DNA of 63,426 nucleotides, filler included, from Pseudogymnoascus verrucosus (taxonomy: Eukaryota): the NCBI GenBank assembly GCA_001662655.1. It is 12 parts of 12 records of this genome, joined end to end, with 100 filler letters (N's around TTAATTAATTAA, not from the genome) between each part and the next. Parts side by side here need not be neighbours in the genome. Positions count along the whole stretch, not along the records: positions 8,199 to 14,791 come from KV460316.1; positions 14,892 to 21,383 come from KV460317.1; positions 21,484 to 27,956 come from KV460318.1; 9 more parts are not named here. One strand, 5' to 3'. The number at the start of each line of letters is the position of its first letter. Position 1 is the stretch's first letter. The position numbers and the translations under genes are program-made. The notes under the pieces were generated by a model. That model had not been told where the DNA came from. It did no database searches and worked only from the letters and a program-made list of their open reading frames with translations. Positions 13,801 through 25,687 of this stretch are shown here, piece by piece.

Positions 13801-14316
13801 ACTCTAACAATTAAAGAACCTAGGGGAAAGGGCTAATAGGTAGTTATACTTAGGGATAGCGCTCCTAGGGTTAGTTATAGAAGGACTAGCGAGGTGACTA
13901 TGGGCTTCAGCTTCTTGCCGCTCACGTTCTTCCACCTCCTCTAGTTCGTCAAGGGTCTTTAGACCGCAGCGAAGCATCTTAGCACCTCAGGTCTTAAGGA
14001 GATCCTACTGCTGCTCGAGGCAGTTGAGACGGGCCATGGCAGTTGCCACGGCCTCGCGAGTCATGCGAGTTTCGAGTCAAAGACGATCCTCTTCTTTCTG
14101 TAGCGACTGCTAGTCACTAGCAGAGGGACCAGAGACATTACAGTTGCGGGAATTCGAACAAACACATTCATTACATCGTTTTGAGGATGCGGAAGTAAGG
14201 TAGCGGAGACCTCGTTTCTTGCAGCGGGAACAGGAAGGCATTTCAACCCCTTCGCGGGTTATGCAGTTAGCGAGCAGTTTACGTTCTTTGATTTTTGAGT
14301 GTTTGGAGGAAGACAT
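13762..14316 (-). pseudogene. Antisense Zn2Cys6-like/coiled-coil ORF in retrotransposon copy 1
   Basis: MSSSKHSKIKERKLL...CSRCKKRGLRYLTSASSKRCNECVCSNSRNC. Same 555-nt span as in copies 2 and 3. Confidence 0.7.
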
Positions 14317-14547
14317 GGTCGTGGCCTTGCCCACCCCACGAATATGGGGGACCTACTACGCTTAAGTAGGCTAGTGGATTCTTAGTCAGCAATGGCCTAC
14401 GGGACTAGGCCTTAAGGGAGGGGACCTAGTGTTACGGCTAAAACATGCAACCTATATGCCGCAAGATAGAATAATAAGGTAAAATAGCTTGCGGCTAATT
14501 AGCAGCAGGAAATGGACGCAGAGATTGTAGGTAGCTTAGTTAATAAG

Positions 14548-14687
14548 GGCACCTTTGGGAAAAGGTACCTTTCTTAGAAGGTACCTAGCAAAAGAAAGGT
14601 GCCTATTAGGAAAGGCACCCGTGTAGAGCAAGGTGCCTCCTTAGAAGGGCACCTATGGGAATCGGTACCTGCAATAAGTGTAGCACC
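14548..14687. repeat. Array of nine GGYRCC motifs in the LTR (U3 side)
   Basis: Motifs start at 14548, 14564, 14580, 14598, 14614, 14632, 14648, 14664 and 14682. The last reads AGCACC here but is intact in copy 3. Confidence 0.9.
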
Positions 14688-14891
14688 TCTTATAGGACGC
14701 ACACGTGATTGGATTAGTAGGAATAGTGAGAATAGTTAGAGAGTCTGCTATTCTAACTATTCCCTTTGGCACGACGCTACTATATAAGTAGNNNNNNNNN
14801 NNNNNNNNNNNNNNNNNNNNNNNNNNNNNNNNNNNTTAATTAATTAANNNNNNNNNNNNNNNNNNNNNNNNNNNNNNNNNNNNNNNNNNNN

Positions 14892-17800
14892 CTTAAACTA
14901 TAAGACTCATAGAGGTTTCGTTACGTTAGTTTACTTAACAGAGGAGGCAGGGGATTAGACATAAAGGCTTTCGTAAAACACGTTATAGTATATAACAAAA
15001 TACTATATTAAGTTAAGCACGAAGCTCCTATCTAAGAACTATCTATCTACTTATATAGTAGCGTCGTGCTAAAGGGAATAGTTAGAATAGTAGACTCTCT
15101 AACTATTCTCACTATTCCTACTAATCTAATTATGTGTGTGTCCTATAAGAGGTGCTATACTTATTATAGGTACTAATTCCCATAGGTGCCTTTCTAAGGA
15201 GGCACCTTGCTCTACATAGGTGCCTTTCCTAATAGGCACCTTTCTTTAGCTAGGTACCTTCTAAGAAAGGTACCTTTTCCTAAAGGTGCCCTCATTAACT
15301 AAGCTACCTACAATCTCTACGTCCATTTCCTACTGCTAATTAGCTACAAGCTATTTTACTTTATTACTCTATCTTATAGCATATAGGTTGCATGTTTTAG
15401 CCGTAACACTAAGTCCCCTCCCTTAAGGCCTAGTCCTATAGGCTACTGCTAACTAAGAATCTACTAGCCTACTTAAGCGTAGTAGGTCCCCTATATTTAT
15501 AGGGTAGGTAAGGCCACAACCATGTCTTCCTCTAAACACTTAAAAATCAAAGAACGTAAACTGCTTACTAACTGCATAACCTACAAAGGGGTTAAAATGC
15601 CTTCCTATTCCTGCTACAAGAAACGAGGTCTCCTCTACCTCGCTTCTACATCTTTAAAACGATGTAATGAATGTGTTCGTTTAAATTCTCGTAACTGTGA
15701 CGTCTCTAGCCCTTCTGCTAGCGACTAGTAGTTACTACAGAAAGAAGAAGATCGTCTTCGCCTTAAAACTCGCATGACCTATGAAGCTGTAGTAACTGCT
15801 ATAGCGCGTCTTAACTGCCTCGAGTAATAGTAGGATCTTCTTAAGACCTAAGGTGCTAAGATGCTTCGCTATGGTCTAAAGACCCTTAACGAACTAGAGG
15901 AGGTAGAAGAACGTAAGCGGTAAGAAGCTAAAGCCTACGGTCACCTTACTAGTCCTTCTATAACTAACCCTAGGAGCGCTGCTCCTAAGCACAACTACCT
16001 ATCGGCCCTTTCTCCTAGGTTCTTTAACTACTAGGGTGTTAACGGTAGAACTCTACTAGCAACTCTAGGCAGCTAAGGTTTCCCCTTAACTCCCATAAGT
16101 TGTCTGTAGGTTTGTAGCCTTTCCATTTTATTAAAAACTCTTCTTAGCGTCCTACTAACCTTTTGTCTAGGATCGCCTTAACCTTATATTTAATGATCTT
16201 ATTCTTAGGTTGAAGTTTAGTGTCTGTTGCAATTAAGGCGTCCCCTCTTACTAGTTCTAATAACGAGACATAAAACACTAGGTAGAGTCTAGAGTTCTTA
16301 GGTAGCTATAGCTTGTAATTAACTAAGCTAACTTTTTCTAATATCTTAAATGGTCCTAACTTCTTAAAGTCTAACTTCATACTTAGTCGTTTCATTTTAA
16401 TGTGTTTCTAGAGTAGGTATACTTTATCCCCCTCCTTAAAGGTAGGTTCTATACTACGCTTCCTATTTGCATATGTGGCAGATCGTTCATTTAAGAATTA
16501 GATGTCCGTTATAAGTTGTTTATAGAACGATTTTAGTTGTTCTACTACGATTAGGGCTTGTTTAGCTCGTGCTTCGTCTAGTCTTAGTTGCCTATATGCT
16601 TCTAGCTAGTAGCTGTAATTAGTAAAGAACAGTGAGACTTTCGTTGCTTCTGCTATTACACTATTATATGCGAACTGTATAATGGGTAAAATCTAAACCT
16701 AATTATCCTGTTAATGATTAACATAACTTCGTAGGTACTGTTTAAGGGTTTAATTTAATCTTTCTGTTTAGCCGTCTATCTAGGGGTAGAAAGCTGTTAA
16801 TAGCTTGTGATTTGTTCCTAGTAGAGCCATTAACGATTTCTAGAATTTCGAAGTGAAGAGCTTGTCTCTGTCTAAGATGATTTCTTCTAGCATCTTATAA
16901 TTGGCTAATATGACTTAAATGAAGGTATACGCAAGCGCCTTAGCGTCGCTAGCTTCTAGATATAGTACGAATTTCCTATACTTCGTAAGTCTTTCCGTTA
17001 TAACGAAGATAGAGTCGTATTCTATTCCTATTAACGGGTCTTTAGAGGGTAGTAGCTTAACGATGAAGTCTAAAGCTATTGATTTCTACGCTCCTTTTAG
17101 TACTAGTGTCGATTTAAGTTGTCTGTAAGGCAAGTGCCTATTGGATTTTAACTTACTGCAAATGTTGCACTCTCTTACAACTGTTTTTACCTACTTCCTT
17201 ATACCTAGAAAGTAGTAGTGTCTAGTAATTCGTTTAAAGGTTTGTGTTACTCCCTAATGACTATGTGCTAGCAACGAGTGTTGTTCTTACACTAGTAGGC
17301 GTCTCATTTAACTTAGGATATACACTAATCCTTTATAACGGATCAATCCTTGTTCGTTAATGGCAAAGTTGCCTTCGACTTTAGTTAAGACTCTCTTTAC
17401 GCATTTGTCTATTACATAAGATTTCTTAAGTCTTTCCTTAAGTTCTGTATCTTTAACGATGGAGATCGTTGCTAGCAACTCGTTATACTATATTCCTACG
17501 TCTATTTTCTTTAATATTGCTCTAGGTCTTTCTTCCTTTAGGCTAACGTAGTCGGTCCTTCTGCTAAGAGCATCTGCTCTTGCATTCTTAGAGCCCTTAT
17601 AATAGGTTATCGTGAAGTTGTAGGCTACGAGGGTTTCTGCCTAGCAGACTTGTCTGCAGTTTAGAACCTTAGTCGTAGTGAAGTATATAAGGTTCTTATG
17701 ATCCGTCTATACCTACATAGCATAGGTGGATCCCTTAAGATATACTTGCTACTGCTTAAAGGCAACGACAATAGCTAGTAGCTCCTTGTCGTAGATGTCA

Positions 17801-20800
17801 TAGTTAAGCTCTATAGGTGACAGTTTCCTAGAGTAGTACGTGATTGGCTTAAACTTACTGTTTTCGTCTAGCTGATTTAGACATGCTCTAATCGCGAAAT
17901 TAGAAGAGTCCGTTTTAAGGATGATCTTCTTTATAGGGTTAAATGTCGTAAGGATGGGTGCCTCTATAAACTTCGTCTTAAGTTCCTAGAAGGCAGCCTC
18001 TGCCTTATCCATCTATTTAAACGCGAGATCCTTCCTAGTAAGCTCTATGAGTAGTTAAGCTACCTTAGAATATCCTATAATGAACTAACAGTAGAAGTTA
18101 GCAAAGCTTAAAAAGGCTTGCACTTCCTTAACTATAGTTGGTGTTAGCCATTCTAACACTACTATAACCTTTGCCTAGTCCATCTTAATGCCATGCGTTC
18201 TAATAATGTAACCTAAGAATTCGACTTGGTTTTTATAGAACTTGCACTTCTCTAGCTTTAACAGTAGGTTGTACTCCTTTAGCTTCTAGAGGACGAGTTT
18301 AACATGCTAAATATGTTCGTCTATGTTTGCTAAGTATACTAGTATATCGTCTAAGTAAACGATGGTGAATATATCTAGATATTCGTGTAGAGCGTCATTC
18401 ATTAAGCGTTGCATGGACGCAGGGGCGTTAGTTAGCCTAAAGGGCATAACTTAATATTTAAATAAGCTATAACAAGTGTAGAATGCTGTTTTCTACTCCT
18501 TGCCGTTAGCTATCTAGATTAGGTTGTACACGCTACGTAGATCTAGCTTAGTGAAGATCTTAGCTCCTTAGAATCTATCGTGTAACTCATTAATTAACGG
18601 TAAGGCGTACTGATCCTTTATTATTATGTTGTTTAATGCTTGATAGTCTACGTATAGTCGTTTGCTTCTATCCTTCTTAGGGACCTATAACATTAGGCTT
18701 CCTATAGGAGATTTAGATGGTCTAATAAATCCTTTTTTAAGGTTATCATCGATGTATTCCTTTAGTAGTTTTAGCTCATCTACTAACATCTAGTATATTA
18801 GTCTAAATGGTAGACTCTTTCCTTCTTCTAAGGGTATTATGTAATCCTATAGTTAGTGCTTAGGAAGCGCCTCGTTCTTAGGGCCTTCCTAGAATAGCTG
18901 CTTGTATTCCTTATACTCTACTAGTATACTCGTTAGTAAGGGTGCCTAGGCTAGGTCACTAGGCTCTATAGAGGTTGCACATACCTTGCGTTAGCCCTAG
19001 GAGGGTTTCTCCCATTATAGCGTGTCCGTTCGTTGTTTATATGCACACTAGCTCATTATAACTTTCTCGTTCTACTAGTTGATCTAGGGGTTGTGTTTCT
19101 TAAGCCATAGCATACTAAGGATACATGCATGATTGTCTATATGTACGATGTTAAATTAGATCGTCTCCTTATGTCTGCATAGCATAACCATTTCTAATGG
19201 GACCGTCTCGTAGGTTACTATTCCCTCGTTAGTTAAGATAGGCTCTCTATCCACAACCATTAACGGGTAGGGGTTAGTTTTCAATTGCATCTTAAAACCT
19301 TAGGTGTCTGCCACTTTCCTTGTTATAAAGTTGCCCGTTGCTCCTAAGTTAATCATTACTTAGAGGTGTCGCTATTGTATCTTAGCAACTACATATAGCT
19401 ACATGCTGCCCTCTATAGCGCATAGCTGTTCCTTACTAGGCCTCTTATTGTCGCTCGTTAGTAGCCTACTGTTAAGGACTCCTAGTTTTTTAACTTTAAT
19501 TGTCTAGTAGATCGTTGCTTTATAAGGATCCCCTTTATTAATTCCTAGTTATAGTATACTAGTCTTTGTCTAGTAGGGAAGTGGGCGTGGTCTGTCTTCT
19601 TAAGGTAGTACTATAAGTAGTCCTAAGTATAACACTACAACTATAGTACAAATTTATGCTAGGGGTAATTAGTCCTAGACGCGTCTTATGTCTATAGTTT
19701 GTCCCCTTCCTTATTAGTAGTGGCTCCGTTAAAACGGTAGCTGTTTGTAGCCTAGATTTCTATAGGCTATAGACCTTCATAGTCATCCCCTAGCTCTAGC
19801 TGCTCTAATACTTATAGTAGGCTTTCTTAGTAGTCTTTGTAGACCTCCTTATTAGGGTAGTATATATTAATGATTTTCCCTTTAGTAATGGCGTCCTAGA
19901 CGTTATACTTACGAAGTTTGTACTTAAGCCATCCTATGGCTTCTTGTTCTATATAGTTTGCTCTACGTGGTTCCTACTAGGTAGGGTATCCTAGTTAGCA
20001 TCTCATTTTATAGACTGCGACCTCCTAGTCTTATGTAGTACCCTACTACATCGCTAGTGGTCTAGGTATAGGAATTCCTTCGTTAGTGACGTTTCGGAGC
20101 ACTGTCTCCTTATAGACTTCTACTACTCCTGCTACTTGTTCCTTAAAGAGGGTCTTTCGCGCGCTTTCTTTAAAGGCGCTTATCCTACGTTCCTAAGAAC
20201 TAGTAAAGACCTCTTTAACGGCTAACGAATCGTTGCTATCGTCTTCTCCATTTAACGTATTGAATTCCTCGAGGTCCTAGGTAGTGACTTCCTAGACCTC
20301 TTTTCCTTTAGACGTGGCAGCTAGTTGTCCTTGCTAGGTGGCATTGATTTACTTGCTGTACTTCTGTCCTCCGTTCCCTTTCTTTAACTACTTACAATCC
20401 CTAGCTATGTAGCTAGGCTTGTTACAATTAAAGCAGAGTCATTCCTTAAGCTGTCGCTCCTTATTAGGATTATGGGGCTAGTTGCCTTGTTTAAAGGTAG
20501 CGTTAAGTTCCATTAGCTAAGGCTAATAGCTTCTCTACTTTAGTCTCTTCTAGACCTAAGTAGGTTTCTGTCCTCCCTTCTTAAGTTAACGCTTGTAGTG
20601 GCAATTGTCAATTAACGTAGCAGCGAGGATTAATTTCTCTAAATCGTCTAGATGGATGCCGCAAGCAATCTCGTCCTTAATGGAGTCCTTTAAGCCGTCG
20701 TAGTACCTTGCTTATAAGGCGTCGTCGTTCTAATCAGTTCGTCCTATATACTGCTGGAATTCGGTAGTGTAGGACGTAACTAATCCTATGTGTTGGATTT

Positions 20801-21383
20801 TTAGTAGGTGTCGTTCCGCTGTTCTTTCAGCGTCTAAGTTACTAAACACCTTAGTGATCTAGGTCTTAAACCCCTTCTAGGTTCTGAAAATTTCTCTAGT
20901 AGTGACTGCCATGTTAGTGTAGAGTTGTCCCTTAGGTCCTTTCTTCTCTAAGTACTCATTAACGAAGAACTCGACCTAGTTGAAGGTAGCCCCTCTTAAA
21001 AGGGCTATAGCCTAAAGGACTTAGTTAGCTTCATTCTTAAGCGTGTAAGCATTAAACCTAATGTATAAGTCGCACTTAAGGAGAAAAGCCTTAAGCTTGT
21101 GTCGTTCTCTACTATAGGGCTTAGGCATCTAAACCTTAACGATTTGTTTATAGGCTAGGGCTGTTTCCATAGTAGTAGAGACTACTAGGGGAGCCGTAGG
21201 TTCTAGGGACTTGCTCTTTCTAACGGAAGACATGTTGCTTTATATATAAGCTAGTACCTTGTAGAAGACAGTACTTAAAGTGTAACGCTAGGTCTTAAAC
21301 TATAAGACTTATAGAGGTTTCGTTACATTAGTTTACTTAATAGAGGAGGTAGGGGATTAGACATAAAGGCTTTCGTAAAACAC
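14892..21383 (-). mobile_element. Ty3/Gypsy LTR retrotransposon, copy 2 (most heavily RIPped; mosaic gag and integrase)
   Basis: 3' LTR 14892-15408; 5' LTR from 21281; gag ATG at 21233. The protease-RT-RNase H block is collinear with copies 1 and 3. Confidence 0.95.
15522..16076 (+). pseudogene. Antisense Zn2Cys6-like/coiled-coil ORF in retrotransposon copy 2
   Basis: MSSSKHLKIKERKLL...KRCNECVRLNSRNCDV, with several RIP-type stops and Cys>Tyr changes. Confidence 0.7.
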
Positions 21384-22275
21384 NNNNNNNNNNNNNNNNN
21401 NNNNNNNNNNNNNNNNNNNNNNNNNNNTTAATTAATTAANNNNNNNNNNNNNNNNNNNNNNNNNNNNNNNNNNNNNNNNNNNNGGAAGGATAGAGCTACA
21501 GCATACTAGCAACGCGTGCATACCACGACTTGATATTGGGTATTCTACATAAGTGCTATAGAGTCGGGCTATCTTTCACTATAGTTTATTTTGCTAATAC
21601 TAGCACTAGAGGTAGTGCCTGTGTAGGGTCAAGTTCATATAGAGGGACAAATCAGGCGATTGCTTATAAGGTATTTTGAGTCCCTATAGAGCGCCACTTT
21701 ACGAATTAATTAGGATTGTTGCGTTCAATTGTTACGAGACGCTAATGGCGGTTTCGCTTTTAACCTTGAAGTGGTTCAGCAATATGTGAAAAAAAGAAGT
21801 GATGACGAGAACGACAAGTTCGTAACTTAACCACCTCAATTTACCAATCGTAATAACTCCCCAAGTCCGTTAGTCTGACTTCAGGGTTGAAGGTTCCAAC
21901 GAGACATCGGGTGTGGATGCAAATCACGAATGAAATCCGAGAGAAGCTAGATTCACAGAGCTTACTAGATTGCCCGAAGAAAATGCAGCGAGATGTGCAA
22001 TATAGGCTTGGATAACTAGTATGAATGTAGTTGTAAATGTGAATATACGATGGTAGTTATTGGCTGAAATCGTCATGTGAAATGGTACGACCCCGCATGT
22101 CAGCACTAGTAGGTCACTGATAAGTGCTACGACTGAATGCCTCGATACAGTATCGTCTATACGAGAGGTATCGCATCCTAAAAGAGAAACTTCCCTCCAA
22201 CGAAATAGCATAAATAAGCTCCTGCCCCTCTATTTCTCTTCATTTTAGAGCATACTTTACCCTACACAAGTCAAA

Positions 22276-22799
22276 ATGAGGGCTTACTGGTACGACAATT
22301 TACCGGTGAGCTCCATTGCAATCTCTCTGTCGCATTTATGCTGACGACTTTCCAGGGCGACCAACGCGAGCTTCATGACTCTGGGAGATCGGTCTCCCTC
22401 GACCAGCTCTCGCGCATCGGCGTCCTCTACTTCCGCTACCACGACCNNNNNNNNNNNNNNNNNNNNNNNNNNNNNNNNNNNNNNNNNNNNNNNNNNNNNN
22501 NNNNNNNNNNNNNNNNNNNNNNNNNNNNNNNNNNNNNNNNNNNNNNNNNNNNNNNNNNNNNNNNNNNNNNNNNNNNNNNNNNNNNNNNNNNNNNNNNNNN
22601 NNNNNNNNNNNNNNNNNNNNNNNNNNNNNNNNNNNNNATATTTGAGGGGGCTTGGAGCCTAGAAGCTAATGCAGCACAGTTCATTGTGGCAATGAGATTG
22701 TTTAAGGAGGAACCAAAATGGACGCCATTGAACCGTGGGCCAGATGTGGATGAGAATCCGCACAGACAGGAATATGTCCAGAAGACATTAAAGGTTTGA
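22276..22799 (+). CDS. ADI1: Acireductone dioxygenase (methionine salvage); middle hidden in N gap
   Basis: [10 protein letters not shown], intron 22306-22355, then [13 protein letters not shown]...IGVLY. Last exon from 22680 reads [19 protein letters not shown]. Both ends are typical of fungal ARD. Confidence 0.9.
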
Positions 22800-23405
22800 A
22801 CGGGTAAACAGAAGATGTAGATAAGAGCTAGTATAGTAATGGTTAGCAATGCTGAGATTGATAAATTCCCATTTTTAAGCACTGGTATAGTTTATTACAG
22901 ATTAAAAAGTATTGTGAGTTAGCTCCTTTGTGAAATACGTTGGTAAATAATTAATTTGAAGTTGCGACTCGGGTTTTGGTGATCATTGCGCCACCTCGAA
23001 CGTTACTTTACTTTGTCGACGATGCACATCGCTTTCTCCAACTGTGACCAGAGCGATCGGCGGATCTGACAATTAGTGCATGGGGGTCTGTTCTGGGGTT
23101 TGATCGCCGGCCTCCTATCGGTGGCCGTATCGCCCTGTACTGTACAACGAACGTTATATATTCGGCATTGAGTCAACCCCGCAATTGAAAATCTCAGAAT
23201 GTCACGAACACCAACAGCTTACGACGCAAAGGAATGAGTAATCGTGGTCTAGAAGCTGACAATTAGCAATCTCACCCTCCGAGACCGCATCTACTAATTC
23301 CAGCTGCAGACTAAGTGGTGTACATATATAGCTTCGCTCAATTGTCCTCTCTCTTTCCCACCTCCGTACAGTCACCGACCTCCTAACAACCAACCAACCA
23401 CTACC

Positions 23406-24181
23406 ATGACCCGCGACGAAGATATCAAAGCCTACGGCTTCACAGCCCTCCCGCGCCCCATGGACACCCTCCTTGCCGCCCGCAAAGACCCCCNNNNNNN
23501 NNNNNNNNNNNNNNNNNNNNNNNNNNNNNNNNNNNNNNNNNNNNNNNNNNNNNNNNNNNNNNNNNNNNNNNNNNNNNNNNNNNNNNNNNNNNNNNNNNNN
23601 NNNNNNNNNNNNNNNNNNNNNNNNNNNNNNNNNNNNNNNNNNNNNNNNNNNNNNNNNNNNNNNNNNNNNNNNNNNNNNNNNNNNNNNNNNNATCAGCGCC
23701 ACGCTCCTATCCTTCGAGTTCTACGGCGGGCTGCTGGTCCTCGACCTCCTCAAGAAAGAAGGCGCGCCGACTGCGCAGGCTGAGAGCGTTGCCGAAGCGG
23801 TGATTAGACATCAGGACCTCGGGGAGACGGGGACGATTACCGGTATTGGCGCGGTGGTGCAGTTGGCTACTATTTTCGGTAAGATTTTCTTTGATAGTGT
23901 TTTGGTGCGAGAGAGAGTGGGGATGCTGGGGAGGTGGGGGTTATCGGCGAATATGAGGCTAAGGGGCGGCAGATAATATTGGCAAGAATGCGGAACTGGT
24001 GCATCCCGAGACGATTTTGAATGTTACGAATGTGTATCCGAGGATGAAGTGGTCGAAGTGCTTTGCGCATACGATTCGGAAGGAGAATAGGTTGAAGCCG
24101 TGGGCTCATACGACGCATCTAGGAGAGGAGGACTTTCCGAATGGGGTGTTGGGGAATAAGTTGATGGAGCCGTATGAGTAG
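23406..24181 (+). CDS. CAH: Cyanamide hydratase/urea hydro-lyase family HD-domain protein (Ddi2/Ddi3-like); N gap inside
   Basis: TLLSFEFYGG, AESVAEAVIRHQD, QLATIF, intron 23879-23972, DNIG, YPRMKWSKCFA, KPWAHTTHL, GNKLMEPYE. Confidence 0.9.
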
Positions 24182-24732
24182 ATGCTATCGCCGTGGGAGA
24201 GGTCAGGGGGTTAGCGACGGGACAGGAGGTCACTAGGCTTTGAACTGCTCTGCTATCCCTTGTCTTCTCATACTTGACGGATCTTGAGATTTCACTTGGA
24301 CAAGGGGGAGGGCTATGGCACCTCTACTAAAGTAATACAAAACACAAAACATAATTCTTGTGGAACGGACAGTGACTAGTTTGAATATAGTTAATAAATC
24401 GAATTATTAATTCTACCACAACCTTAGCACCCTGGCACTATCCAATAGCCATCAATGCCCATCGAAATAAATCAAACCTCTGTGCCATTCCCTCTAAAAA
24501 CCCGCAAAATCCCATAGGTGCACACGCAGAGTTCCTTTCGTATCTGCAAAGCACAAATCCCATTACTCGCACATGTGAAGACGCTACAGACTGCATTCGC
24601 CGCATGACTATCAATAATACTCTGCACCGACACGTATGTCCCAACCGCCAGGAAGAAGCCAATGCCAATGATGAGGATATTAAGCCCCAGCTTCGCATAC
24701 CCAGCCGGGTTCTGCTCATGTAGCCACGTGAC

Positions 24733-25280
24733 CCCCCAGGATATACGCGACGCCTCGGAAGATGAAGCCGAAGAAGGAGTCGAAAAGTGAGCTCATCAAG
24801 CTCAGCAGGTCGGAGAAGAATGGGATGGCCTCTACGATGATGAAGGCCCCAATCCAGGTGAGCGCGAGGATGCCGGCCCAGGTGCTCCAGCCCACCACCG
24901 TGTGCGAGGACTTGTGGATCGTGCCCTCAAAGATGCGGAAGAAGATAAAGCGCGCGGAGACGATGGCGTAGAGCACGCCGAGGAAGATCAGGGTTGGGAT
25001 CATGAAGGAGAAGGAGACTTTCTTGTAGACCTCGTTGTCGAACGATCCCAAGGCGGGAGCCGTCATGTACTGGTTGCCGGTGAAGACGTAAATGACGGCT
25101 CCGACGATGCACAAGACGATCATCTCGGCGATGGTGACGGCCCACAGTGCCTTAAGGAAGTCCTTGGAATCGTGCGTCTCGGCAATGAAGCTCGGCAGCG
25201 TGATCTGCTCGATGAAGGTGTACGAGATGTTGATGAAGGCGCTCATGGCTGCCACGAAGGTGGTGCCGGGGGGGGGGGGC
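24733..25280 (-). pseudogene. Internal fragment of an mtr-like neutral amino acid transporter (Aa_trans/AAAP)
   Basis: PGTTFVAAMSAFINISYTF..QITLPSFIAE..DFLKALWAVT...IPFFSDLLSLMSSLFDSFFGFIF. No N- or C-terminus; GC-rich relative to its flanks. Confidence 0.75.
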
Positions 25281-25309
25281 AGCGCAGTGATTTAGACACT
25301 TAATCCATA

Positions 25310-25687
25310 ATGGCTCGTTTTAATATCATCACAAAAACTATCATACTTGCTCTCGCTACAACAGGCTCAGTTCTAGGAGAGGACTTGGTTGGCAATGCCT
25401 ACTTCTATAAGTGTAATGGTTGCAAATGCAATTCTTTCTACGATTACACCAGCTTCTTAGGAACGACTCCTTGCCTTCCTCTTTCAGGGGGCGCGACATC
25501 AGTCGGGTTAACTCGAACAACGGGAATTGATTTTGTGTCGTACCAGACAACTTGTTCGTTATACCAGACCACCGATTGTACCGGTGATGATCAGAGTGTT
25601 GGTGTGAACAGCGGCGAGAGTTGGGGATGTTCTGCTTCAGAGACTCCACTTGCCCAAAGTGCTAGATGCTACTTCCATAAAGGATAG
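25310..25687 (+). CDS. Small secreted cysteine-rich protein (125 aa, 8 Cys), effector-like
   Basis: Signal-peptide-like N-terminus MARFNIITKTIILALATTGSVLG, even number of Cys, single open exon. Confidence 0.8.
   Translation: MARFNIITKTIILALATTGSVLGEDLVGNAYFYKCNGCKCNSFYDYTSFLGTTPCLPLSGGATSVGLTRTTGIDFVSYQTTCSLYQTTDCTGDDQSVGVNSGESWGCSASETPLAQSARCYFHKG

Larger units (their letters stand above)
8211..14791 (+). mobile_element. Ty3/Gypsy chromovirus-type LTR retrotransposon, copy 1 (RIP-inactivated)
   Basis: 5' LTR ends ...GCGTTACA at 8420. Order is gag, protease, RT, RNase H, integrase, chromodomain. Polypurine tract AAGGGAGGGG precedes the 3' LTR starting TGTTAC at 14430. Overlapping the two partial LTRs gives an LTR of about 530 bp. 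Confidence 0.96.

Noticed and set aside
14430..15408. Apparent tail-to-tail inverted pair of retrotransposons
   Set aside because: The junction is a spacer gap between near-identical LTRs, so true adjacency and orientation are unsupported.
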